In this document: positions 1 through 8,075 of the stretch, piece after piece | Layout of the letters: every line of letters begins with the position of its first letter | How positions within the stretch are numbered: the stretch's first letter is position 1 | Origin: Fibrobacter succinogenes subsp. succinogenes S85 | GTDB lineage: Bacteria > Fibrobacterota > Fibrobacteria > Fibrobacterales > Fibrobacteraceae | DNA length: 32,000 bases | Direction of reading: 5' to 3' | Assembly (NCBI RefSeq): GCF_000146505.1 | Contig: NC_017448.1 | Location: 2,460,001-2,492,000 of the forward strand | Program-made: the position numbers and the translations under genes | Notes under the pieces: model-generated | Told to the model about the DNA's origin: nothing | Seen by the model: the letters and a program-made list of their open reading frames with translations, nothing else | Database searches by the model: none

Positions 1-1623
1 CTCCAGACGTTCCTTCTCACGATGTGCCGCGAATACGTGCTTTATCGCTCCTTCGTGGGCGGCACCCCGATTTACATGGGCTTTAGCGATTTTATTGGTT
101 GCTTTGACATCAAGCCCGAAGGCGAAATCGACACGGTATCTCCGCTGATTTCTTACCAGAATCTATTGGACTGGCATGTTTGCGTCGTGCTCGCGAACGC
201 AAAGAAGAAGCAGCTCCGCATCAACACGAACGGAACGCTCCACCGCCGTGGCCGTCAGATCTGCGCCGAAGTGTTTACCGCTTCCCGCCACGCTTCTGAA
301 AAGGCCTGCGAACAGGAAATCTCGCTCATTTTCAGTTTCCTCGTGCAGAACGGTTGGCTTGAACGCGAAAACACCTTCTTGCTCCCGTCCGCAACCGCTA
401 TTGACTTTATCCATAAGAACGGTTTCCGTCTCCATCAAGATGTGATTTCCTGGTGGATCAAGGAACGCTTCCACGGCGACCGCGACCTTTGTGCTCGCTT
501 GCTTACTAGCATTGGCGAAGGCCTCTCCGCTGCTGATGCTGCACAGCTCTTCTGGGTGATGGATCCGTCTTATCGCCTGCAAGAAAAGAACAAGGTTTTG
601 CCGTGGGAATTCCTGCCGCGTCCGCTTTGCGAACTCTGGATTTTGGGCCTTGTCGATTTCCGCATGGCTCAAGGCAAGGTGACTGCAGTTGTCGTGAGCA
701 AGTCCGGCAAGGACTGGCTTGAAACGTCTATCGCTTCGATTCCTGAAGCAAACCTCACCGCGCTCCCGAACTTTGACTTGGTTGTCTCAACCGGCATGGC
801 TCCGCGCGTGCTCTACTCCCTCGCATGCTTGGCAAAAGTCAAGAACGACGAAACGTTCCTCTGCTTCACGCTCGAAAAAGAAACGTACGTCGCGGGCCTC
901 AAGAGCAGTTTCCCGGAATCCGAAGTCGAAAATCTCCGCAACTGGCTCAAGCCGCCTGAGAACGTCTCCTCGACTCTTGCCGAATGGAACGCCTCGTTCT
1001 ACGGCGCCAAGGTTCGCACCGCCCGACTCCTCAAGGTCGAAAGCAAGGAAGTCCTTAGTGAACTTTCCCGCTTCCCGCAGTTCATGGAATGCACCGAGGA
1101 ATACATCCCGGGTTACGGCTTCATTTTGAATCCGGAACTGGAATCCCGTGCTTTCGAAATCCTCGAGAACTACGGCTTCTTCCCATATGCTGGCGAATCG
1201 ACCGAAAACCGCACGCCTGCCGCCCAGGAAGAATGGAAGGCTGAATTCTCGATTGCATGGCCCGAAGCAAAAAAGATAGACTACGAATTGCGCGACGAAG
1301 CTGACGAAGCATCTGCCCAGGCGACGATGGATTCTACCAAGTACGGTAGCGTCTATCAGAAGCTGAGCACGTTCGACCTCGTGAAAGTCCTCCGTTACGC
1401 AAAGACGGTTGGCACTCCGCTTGCCGCCAAGATCATGGACAAGACCAAGCGAAACGCAAAGCTCGAAGAAAAGATGTTCTACGTGCATGCGCTCCACCTC
1501 GCGAAATCCCCGTCGATGGTCGAAATCCAGGAAAGCGGCAAGGAAGAAAAGTTCTCGCTCGACCTTTCGTTTATTCAAGAAATCAAGGTCCTGAGCAAGA
1601 AGGCCTCCGCCCCGCAAGCATAA
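1..1623 (+). CDS. hypothetical protein, 5' end probably outside the window
   Basis: The frame is open from base 1 (no stop in 1-21) to TAA at 1621-1623, and the first in-window ATG is at 22. A hairpin terminator follows. I recognised no family. The antisense and overlapping ORFs in the track look like shadows. Confidence 0.6.
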   Translation, partial: LQTFLLTMCREYVLYRSFVGGTPIYMGFSDFIGCFDIKPEGEIDTVSPLISYQNLLDWHVCVVLANAKKKQLRINTNGTLHRRGRQICAEVFTASRHASEKACEQEISLIFSFLVQNGWLERENTFLLPSATAIDFIHKNGFRLHQDVISWWIKERFHGDRDLCARLLTSIGEGLSAADAAQLFWVMDPSYRLQEKNKVLPWEFLPRPLCELWILGLVDFRMAQGKVTAVVVSKSGKDWLETSIASIPEANLTALPNFDLVVSTGMAPRVLYSLACLAKVKNDETFLCFTLEKETYVAGLKSSFPESEVENLRNWLKPPENVSSTLAEWNASFYGAKVRTARLLKVESKEVLSELSRFPQFMECTEEYIPGYGFILNPELESRAFEILENYGFFPYAGESTENRTPAAQEEWKAEFSIAWPEAKKIDYELRDEADEASAQATMDSTKYGSVYQKLSTFDLVKVLRYAKTVGTPLAAKIMDKTKRNAKLEEKMFYVHALHLAKSPSMVEIQESGKEEKFSLDLSFIQEIKVLSKKASAPQA

Positions 1624-1659
1624 GCGCTTGTTTTGCCGTTCCGCTCTTTTGCAATGTCA

Positions 1660-1690
1660 CCCCGCACGTCGTTGCGGGGTTTTTCTTTTT
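1660..1690 (+). terminator. Rho-independent terminator
   Basis: The stem is ccccgca (1660-1666) paired with tgcgggg (1673-1679), with loop cgtcgt. It is followed by the T-rich run tttttcttttt. Confidence 0.7.
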
Positions 1691-1691
1691 A

Positions 1692-1721
1692 CTAAGTTCT
1701 AAGTTCTGCCAACTAAGTTCT
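1692..1721. repeat. tandem heptamer array CTAAGTT/CTAAGTT/CTGCCAA/CTAAGTT
   Basis: Read directly from the sequence with 7-nt periodicity. The 16-mer ctaagttctgccaact (1699-1714) recurs exactly at 12124-12139. Confidence 0.8.
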
Positions 1722-1741
1722 CTTTTTCTATCATTCCTTCA

Positions 1742-2791
1742 ATGAATTTCGTCCGCATATTCCTTTTGCTGGGTGCGCTTGTCGCGTACTCTTTCGGAGC
1801 ATCCTCTTCTATGGAAAACCTTCTGTTCAATGGCCGCTGGGCCCATGATAACGGCGTAAGCCGCGCAAGTGCGCCTGCCGCATCCATCACGTTCAACGCC
1901 AAGGCCTCAAAGATTACCTTTACGGTCGAAGGCCATTCCCGCTGGCGTCTTGACCGTGACGGCAAGCAGATAGAACAGTTCAAAGTCGATTCCAAGGAAG
2001 AACGCGTGATCAAGGTTGAGGACGACGGCTCTTTCCACAAGTATCGCTTCATCAAGATTAGCGAAAGCGGCGTTCCCGAAATCAAGTTTTACGGCATTTC
2101 CGTCGATGGCGAATTTGGCGAAGCCCCCAAGCCGTCCAGTCGCCGCATCGAGTTCATCGGCGATTCCTTTACCGCAGGCTATGGCTGCGAAGGCTCCTCC
2201 GCCGAAGACGCTCCCGAGTTCGACAAGACGAACGCTTCCAAGAGCTATGCCTACCTCCTTGCTAGCGGTTTCAATGCCGATTACCAGGTGAATGCCTACA
2301 GCGGACGCGGTCTTGTGCGCAACTACGACAACATGGTCCCCGAATGGACGTACGAACGCCTCTATGATTACACGGTCATGGGCTCCGTGACCTCGTATCC
2401 GAAGCCTGAACGCTGGGATTTGGAAAAGTTCCACCCGCAGGTTATTGTGGTTTTTGAAGGAATTAACGATTTTCAGGGCAATCCTCCGTATGCAGATAAA
2501 GGAAAATTCAAGAAAGCGTACGCTAATTTGCTTGATAAGCTCCGCAAAGCCCACCCCGGTGTGAAATTCTTACTTGTTTCCACGAAAGTATGGCCCAATG
2601 ATGACCTCGCCCCGACGATAAAGTCAATTTACGACGCTCAAGTTGCTGCCGGTCACAAGGATTTGGAGTATAAACACGTCCTCACGTCAAATGTCGGCTT
2701 GCATGGCCACCCCGATACCCATTCCCAGGAAGAACTCGCGAACACCTTGAGGCCCATAATAGCCCGGCTTGGACGATGGCTTTCAAGATAA
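1742..2791 (+). CDS. secreted SGNH/GDSL hydrolase, carbohydrate esterase family 2-like (acetyl esterase)
   Basis: It has an N-terminal signal peptide (MNFVRIFLLLGALVAYSFGA). A roughly 130-aa beta-sandwich-like region precedes the block I motif FIGDSFTAGYG, with the Ser codon at 2165-2167. It also has GINDF and a C-terminal GHPDTHSQ (DxxH-type) motif. This two-domain layout is typical of CE2. Confidence 0.8.
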   Translation: MNFVRIFLLLGALVAYSFGASSSMENLLFNGRWAHDNGVSRASAPAASITFNAKASKITFTVEGHSRWRLDRDGKQIEQFKVDSKEERVIKVEDDGSFHKYRFIKISESGVPEIKFYGISVDGEFGEAPKPSSRRIEFIGDSFTAGYGCEGSSAEDAPEFDKTNASKSYAYLLASGFNADYQVNAYSGRGLVRNYDNMVPEWTYERLYDYTVMGSVTSYPKPERWDLEKFHPQVIVVFEGINDFQGNPPYADKGKFKKAYANLLDKLRKAHPGVKFLLVSTKVWPNDDLAPTIKSIYDAQVAAGHKDLEYKHVLTSNVGLHGHPDTHSQEELANTLRPIIARLGRWLSR

Positions 2792-2850
2792 TTTAGACAC
2801 GTAAAAAACCTTTTTTATATATTTAGATAACCGATGTCTAAAATGGATAT

Positions 2851-4188
2851 GTGATTATGTCTTCTACAGTTATGCGAAAAGCTTATGCCCTTTTCAGGAT
2901 GAATTTCCTGATTATCGTGCTGTTGGTGGTAACAGCCGTAGCAATGTTTGCGTATAGGCATTTCTTAGATGACATCATGGAGATTAATCTCGGTGAATAT
3001 CCCTACGTGGTGGCGAGCGCCGACTCTGTTGACGGCGGTACTTCTGCCATTACCATGACGCGTACCGACAGCTCTGCGATTATCGAGTATGAACTCCGCG
3101 AGGGCTATGCCTACCCGTATGTTGGCATCAAGATTTACCTTGGCGATGGCAAGACCATGGGCCGAGACCTGTCCAAGTTCGATAGCGTGTTCGTGTGGCT
3201 CAAGCCGCGTAACGAAGGTTCTGTCCGCCTCTACATGCGCGGTTACGATAGCGCTCTCTACCGCAAGAACGACGAAACTTCCCTCAAGTTCAACGAAATT
3301 GAATTTACCCCGACCAAGGAACCGTACCCGGCTGTATTTGTCCCGCAGGAATTCCGCGTGGCTGGCTGGTGGGTTTCCCAGAACGAAATCAACGTTCACA
3401 AGGCACGTGTAGACCTTTCGAACATCCCGCTCATTGAAATCCAGACGGGGACGAACGCTCCGCTCGGCTATGGTGGCTGGGAAGTCAAGGGGCTCCGCTT
3501 CAAGGGCAAGAAGATTTCGCAGGTGGACCTCGTGACGACGCTTGTCGCTCTCTGGTTTGTCACCTTCCTTATCATCTTGATTATCAGGTTCTTTGACTAC
3601 AGCCGTGAACGCGCGATTAATAGGAAGAAGCAGGAAGAACTCAAGAAGAACCTCCGCGCTTTGGAAATCGAGAAGAGCGAATACGAGAAGTCCAGCAAGG
3701 AAGACCCGCTCACCGGTTGCCTCAACCGTGCTGGCTTTGGCGGCGTGCTCCTTCGCGAACAGGAAAAGCTGAACCGCACGGGCGGCCCTGTCTCGTTCAT
3801 GATTTTCGATATTGACCACTTCAAGGAAGTAAACGACACGTACGGGCATCTCGTCGGTGACGAAGTCCTCGTGAACCTCGCGAAACTCGTGCAGGGCATG
3901 ATCCGCAATACGGACTCGCTTGTGCGCTGGGGTGGTGAAGAATTTGTCATCTTGAGCGACGATACGAGCATCCAGAATGCCGCGTTCCTCGCCGAGAAGT
4001 TGCGCAAGGCTATTGAGTCGGCAACGCTTATTACGCAGCAGCAGGTGACTTGCTCCTTTGGCGTGACCGAAATGATCCCGGGCGAAGACCCGAAGTCCTT
4101 CATTGCCCGCGCGGACAAGGCCCTTTACTCCTCAAAGGAAAATGGGCGTAATCGCGTGACGGTCGCGACGTTCAAGCGCACTCATTAA
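2851..4188 (+). CDS. membrane diguanylate cyclase (GGDEF) with CBM-like periplasmic sensor domain
   Basis: Two TM helices flank a roughly 200-aa extracytoplasmic domain, followed by a coiled-coil linker. The GGEEF active site is at 3931-3945, and an RxxD I-site (RNTD, 3904-3915) sits 5 residues upstream. The start is GTG 2851 or ATG 2857. Confidence 0.9.
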   Translation: MIMSSTVMRKAYALFRMNFLIIVLLVVTAVAMFAYRHFLDDIMEINLGEYPYVVASADSVDGGTSAITMTRTDSSAIIEYELREGYAYPYVGIKIYLGDGKTMGRDLSKFDSVFVWLKPRNEGSVRLYMRGYDSALYRKNDETSLKFNEIEFTPTKEPYPAVFVPQEFRVAGWWVSQNEINVHKARVDLSNIPLIEIQTGTNAPLGYGGWEVKGLRFKGKKISQVDLVTTLVALWFVTFLIILIIRFFDYSRERAINRKKQEELKKNLRALEIEKSEYEKSSKEDPLTGCLNRAGFGGVLLREQEKLNRTGGPVSFMIFDIDHFKEVNDTYGHLVGDEVLVNLAKLVQGMIRNTDSLVRWGGEEFVILSDDTSIQNAAFLAEKLRKAIESATLITQQQVTCSFGVTEMIPGEDPKSFIARADKALYSSKENGRNRVTVATFKRTH

Positions 4189-4197
4189 GAGGTTACG

Positions 4198-4581
4198 ATG
4201 ATTCGCAGTTGGCTCTTCGTTGTCGCTGTTCTCACGTTTGACTTGCTGCTCGTTTCGTGTACCAAGCATCCCGAGGAGGATGATAGCTTCAAGCAAATCC
4301 AGCTCCACTGGAATGCGGTTGACAGCGATGCTGAATCGTCGGAACACAAAGACAACTGTGTGATTGAAATCACATCGAAGGTCATGCAGGCGCCGCTGGT
4401 GCTCAAGTCCAAGCTCGTTGAAATCTCTTACGAAGTCATTTATAGCCTGACTGAAAAGGGCGAACTCGTCTTTGAAGGCCGTTGTGGCGACTCGCGCTTC
4501 AGCGATTTGCCGGAATGTTCCTGGCAGTCGACTTGCTCTGGTGGTTCGGCGTCCGTTGTAAAATTCCACAACGAACGATAA
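4198..4581 (+). CDS. small lipoprotein, unknown function
   Basis: An AAGAGG Shine-Dalgarno sits 5 nt upstream of the ATG. The lipobox is LLVSC in MIRSWLFVVAVLTFDLLLVSC. It lies 9 nt after the cyclase stop. It is preferred over the antisense ORF 4132..4569. Confidence 0.6.
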   Translation: MIRSWLFVVAVLTFDLLLVSCTKHPEEDDSFKQIQLHWNAVDSDAESSEHKDNCVIEITSKVMQAPLVLKSKLVEISYEVIYSLTEKGELVFEGRCGDSRFSDLPECSWQSTCSGGSASVVKFHNER

Positions 4582-4679
4582 CGGGAGACCCTAACCTATT
4601 GAACCGTATATAGATATCTTTATAGAGGTTCAAACCGCCCGCACTGTCTAGTGTCGGTAGCTCGCCGTGAGGATTTTCT

Positions 4680-5516
4680 GTGAAACCGATTTTTGAATAT
4701 ACCGATTATCGCGAATGGATTAGGGATGCTTTTGAAGATTTCAAGAAGCGTAAGACCGTCATATCCTGGCGATACATGGCTATGAAGCTCGGTGCAGACC
4801 CCGGCAACCTCCTCCGCATTTCGCAGGGCAAGATCCACCTCGCTGTAAACTTCATCAAGCCGATGGCAGAGTTCTTTGAGCTTGACGAGAAGGAAGCCGC
4901 CTACTGGTCGGAACTTGTGTACTTCGGCCGCGCGAAAAGCGACCAGGAAGCGCTGAACCATTATGAGAAGATGCAGGCACTGAAGGGTATCCCTTTAAAG
5001 CGCCTTGCCAAAAAAGAACTTGAATTTTACCGCCATTGGTACTACAACGCTATCCGTTCCGTAATCGGTATTTGTAATTTTAAAGATGATTATGAAGGTC
5101 TTGCCGAATGCTGCACGCCGGCTATCACGGTGGAGCAGGCGAAGGATGCCATCAAGCTCCTGCACGACCTGAACATGATTTCTGAGGGTAAGGACGGGTA
5201 CTGGAAAGTGAATGATACATTTGTGAGTACAGGTGGTAACTGGAGATCCGAAGCAGTTCGGACATTCCAGAAGGAGACGATTCGCCTCGCGGGTGAATCG
5301 CTTGAACGGCATGCGCCTCCTCTGCGCGATATCAGCACGGTGACGATGACGTTCAACATGAACGATATCCAGCTCATTCGCGAAAAGATCAAGGAGTTCC
5401 GCTCGGACTTGCTGCGTCTTTCTCAGGATGGCACGGGTGACGATACGGTGTTCCAGCTGAACGTTCAGCTGTTCCCGCTTGCTTTTACTAAGAAACTGCA
5501 GGAGAAGTCAAAATGA
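4680..5516 (+). CDS. TIGR02147-type (Fibrobacter paralogous family, DUF4423-like) protein with HTH-like N-terminus
   Basis: The GTG start and the N-terminus MKPIFEYTDYREWIRDAFEDFKKRK...ISWRYMAMKLG...NLLRISQGK match my recollection of this family. This is recall only, with no search. Confidence 0.65.
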   Translation: MKPIFEYTDYREWIRDAFEDFKKRKTVISWRYMAMKLGADPGNLLRISQGKIHLAVNFIKPMAEFFELDEKEAAYWSELVYFGRAKSDQEALNHYEKMQALKGIPLKRLAKKELEFYRHWYYNAIRSVIGICNFKDDYEGLAECCTPAITVEQAKDAIKLLHDLNMISEGKDGYWKVNDTFVSTGGNWRSEAVRTFQKETIRLAGESLERHAPPLRDISTVTMTFNMNDIQLIREKIKEFRSDLLRLSQDGTGDDTVFQLNVQLFPLAFTKKLQEKSK

Positions 5517-7141
5517 AAAGGCTAGCCTGCATACTTTCAGCTCTTATGCTCTGGAGCTGCTCGGACAAGGTCGCAGGAGGCCCCGGCAGCGAAACGACGA
5601 ACGGCATAGCCTACTTGGGCAATGGCGCAGTGGCGTCGTACGCACGTGTGGCGGTCAGGAGTGTCGATCACACTTCGACGGCTGACAGTGCTACCAATGA
5701 AATTGTGAACGCGGACTTCTACGCGGATTCCCTCGGTAACTTCTCGTTCGAGGCTCCGGAAGGCAAGTACCGCTTGACGATCGTGTATGGCGGTTCGGCA
5801 TACACTGGACTTTACTCGGGCGATACGACCTTGGGTAGTGTGAACCTTGAACCGACGGCTGCGCTTGGCGGCTTGGCCGAAGTGCCTGAAGAATGCGACT
5901 ACGTCTGGGTGGGCGTGCGCGGCATGGACGTGCTTGTGCGCTCGGATTCGACGGGCCGCTTTATGCTCGCTCAGTTGCCGTCGAACGACTCGTTGCAGGT
6001 GTACTTCTTGCGCGGTGACGACAACACGGTCTATGATGACTTGTCCGTGAAGCTCTCGCCGAACGAAACGGAAATGATTGACCTCCAGCCCGAAAAGCCG
6101 GACCCGTACGCCGGAAAGGTGAAGTTTGTGGCGGTGGCAGATGGCAAGGTCGTTCCGTATGCATCGCTTGCAATCCGCAAGGCTGATGCCCGTGTCAATT
6201 CTCTGCACGTGAGTAACGTCATTGCCGAAGTGGATGCCTATGCCGACAAGGATGGCCTCTTTGTCATTGACTCCTTGAAGTCTGGCGACTACCGCCTCAC
6301 TGTAATGCAGTCGGGTGCCGCCTATTCCAAGGTGCTTACTGCAAAGCAGATTGCTGCCCTTGATACGATTGAACTTCAGGAAACGGCAAACTACATGAGC
6401 CGTGTGACACTCCATGCCGGCGAAAAGTATGCGTGGGTGGGTGTCTATGGTCTCGACGTCTTGACGAAGACGAACGAAGAAGGAACGTTTACACTCCCGA
6501 CACTCCCGACGAACGATTCGCTTGATATCTATGTTGTTACAACAAAGGATAGCTTGTATGTAACAAAGCGCATCGCGCCTTCCAAGGGCTCTGCTGATTT
6601 CGACTATCCGTATGTCGTGATGCAGGACTTCGAAAACGTGAAGGATACCGGAAACTGGTATTTTAGCACGGATTCTGTTGGCTCCAAGATTCTGTCCAAG
6701 TCGTTCGATACGGATAACGAGCGCAAGTCCAAGGTGTTCCACGGAAAGTACAACCTGGTGGGAACGAATAATATTTACGCTTGGGTTTTGACCGGCATGT
6801 TCCTCCGCGACGAAGGCTGGAACCTCTCCACGCTCGATTCTATTTCGTTCTATGCCAAGGGCTCGGGCCAGATTCGCGTGTCTCTTGAAAACTGGACCCG
6901 TGAATCCGAAGTCGCAGGGCTCTCGCTCAAGGCTGCCTCGGAATGGAAAGACCTGAATTCGCAGAAGTGGACGCGCTATGTCGTAAAGTATGACGACTTG
7001 TGCTATACCGCCCAGGATGTGAGCAACTGCTATATCGCTTGGAATACGCTCAAGGACGATGTCCGCCAGCTGCATTTCTTCGTAAGAAATGGAACAGAAT
7101 TCTATCTAGACGATATAGTGCTTTATGGCGCTCTTTTCTAA
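5513..7141 (+). CDS. lipoprotein with two carboxypeptidase-regulatory-like repeats and a C-terminal CBM-like domain
   Basis: ATGA start/stop overlap with the upstream gene. The lipobox is LWSC. There is a clear internal duplication: YVWVGVRGMDVLVRSDSTGRFMLAQLPSNDSLQVYF against YAWVGVYGLDVLTKTNEEGTFTLPTLPTNDSLDIYV. The C-terminal roughly 170 aa look like a beta-sandwich. Confidence 0.75.
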   Translation: MKRLACILSALMLWSCSDKVAGGPGSETTNGIAYLGNGAVASYARVAVRSVDHTSTADSATNEIVNADFYADSLGNFSFEAPEGKYRLTIVYGGSAYTGLYSGDTTLGSVNLEPTAALGGLAEVPEECDYVWVGVRGMDVLVRSDSTGRFMLAQLPSNDSLQVYFLRGDDNTVYDDLSVKLSPNETEMIDLQPEKPDPYAGKVKFVAVADGKVVPYASLAIRKADARVNSLHVSNVIAEVDAYADKDGLFVIDSLKSGDYRLTVMQSGAAYSKVLTAKQIAALDTIELQETANYMSRVTLHAGEKYAWVGVYGLDVLTKTNEEGTFTLPTLPTNDSLDIYVVTTKDSLYVTKRIAPSKGSADFDYPYVVMQDFENVKDTGNWYFSTDSVGSKILSKSFDTDNERKSKVFHGKYNLVGTNNIYAWVLTGMFLRDEGWNLSTLDSISFYAKGSGQIRVSLENWTRESEVAGLSLKAASEWKDLNSQKWTRYVVKYDDLCYTAQDVSNCYIAWNTLKDDVRQLHFFVRNGTEFYLDDIVLYGALF

Positions 7142-7187
7142 AAATTAGACCTTTTAAGTGCGCCTCGAATTAAGTATCTTTGTAGGC

Positions 7188-8075
7188 ATGCAGTCTATTG
7201 AATCAGAAGCAAAAATTGCTCAGGAATATCTCGCCCGCATCGCAAAAGATGCCGAGGCGAAGTTTGATGAACATCTCCCCCCAGTAAAGGATCGTCCGTG
7301 CCGTTTGCACGAGGCTATGCGCTATTCCATGTTCGCAGGCGGCAAGCGCTTGCGTCCGGGACTTGCCAAGGCCACGTTCGACATGTTTGGCGGCAAGGGA
7401 GAAAAGATTTGGCTTGCAACGAGCGCTCTCGAAATGCTCCACACGTTCAGCCTTATCCACGATGACCTTCCGTGTGTCGATAACGACGACTATCGCCGTG
7501 GAAAGCTCACGAGCCACAAGAAGTTTGGCGAAGCTACAGCCGTGATGGCAGGCGACGCTCTCTGCATCCACGCCTTTGAGATGATGGGCAAGACCGGTAA
7601 CGCAAAGGCTATTGAACTCCTTGCTCACTTGCTCGGCACGTACGGCATGATCGGTGGCGAAATGACCGACATCGAATGCGAAGGCAAGACTGTCGATCTC
7701 GAAATTGTCGATTACATTCACTACCACAAGACGGCTGCCCTCATCGAAGCCTCTCTCCTCGTGGGTGCAATGCTTGCAAAGGCAAGCGAAAAGGATATGG
7801 AAATCATCCGCAACTATGGCCGCTCCATCGGGCTTGCCTTCCAGATTGTGGATGACATTCTGGACATTGTCTCTACGACCGAAGAACTTGGCAAGGATGC
7901 CGGGTCTGACATCGAAAAGGGCAAGGCTACTTATCCGTCCATCGTTGGACTGGAAAAGTCTAGGGAACGCGCTAGGGAACTTTACGAGGAATCCATCAAG
8001 GCTTTGGATGGCCTCACATGCGATACCTCCATCCTCCGTTCTATAGCGGCATACATCATCACGCGAGTGAAATAA
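7188..8075 (+). CDS. ispA: polyprenyl (farnesyl/geranylgeranyl) diphosphate synthase
   Basis: The first aspartate-rich motif is LIHDDLPCVDNDDYRRG (7461-7490) and the second is FQIVDDILD (DD at 7851-7856). The track start GTG 7158 is possible, but ATG 7188 is preferred. Confidence 0.9.
   Translation: MQSIESEAKIAQEYLARIAKDAEAKFDEHLPPVKDRPCRLHEAMRYSMFAGGKRLRPGLAKATFDMFGGKGEKIWLATSALEMLHTFSLIHDDLPCVDNDDYRRGKLTSHKKFGEATAVMAGDALCIHAFEMMGKTGNAKAIELLAHLLGTYGMIGGEMTDIECEGKTVDLEIVDYIHYHKTAALIEASLLVGAMLAKASEKDMEIIRNYGRSIGLAFQIVDDILDIVSTTEELGKDAGSDIEKGKATYPSIVGLEKSRERARELYEESIKALDGLTCDTSILRSIAAYIITRVK

Noticed and set aside
4132-4569. Minus-strand 145-aa ORF overlapping the small lipoprotein gene.
   Set aside because: The plus-strand ORF has a strong Shine-Dalgarno, a lipobox and an operon-consistent position. 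The minus ORF has none of these.
5537-7075. Long minus-strand ORF (512 aa) antisense to the lipoprotein gene. Similar long antisense ORFs occur at 787..1617, 2965..3849, 7203..8306, 8310..9731, 9884..11227, 11170..11958 and 13319..14167.
   Set aside because: Their translations are Arg/His/Val-rich with no motifs. Each is fully covered by a sense-strand gene with clear family motifs. They are the typical shadow ORFs of GC3-biased coding sequence.
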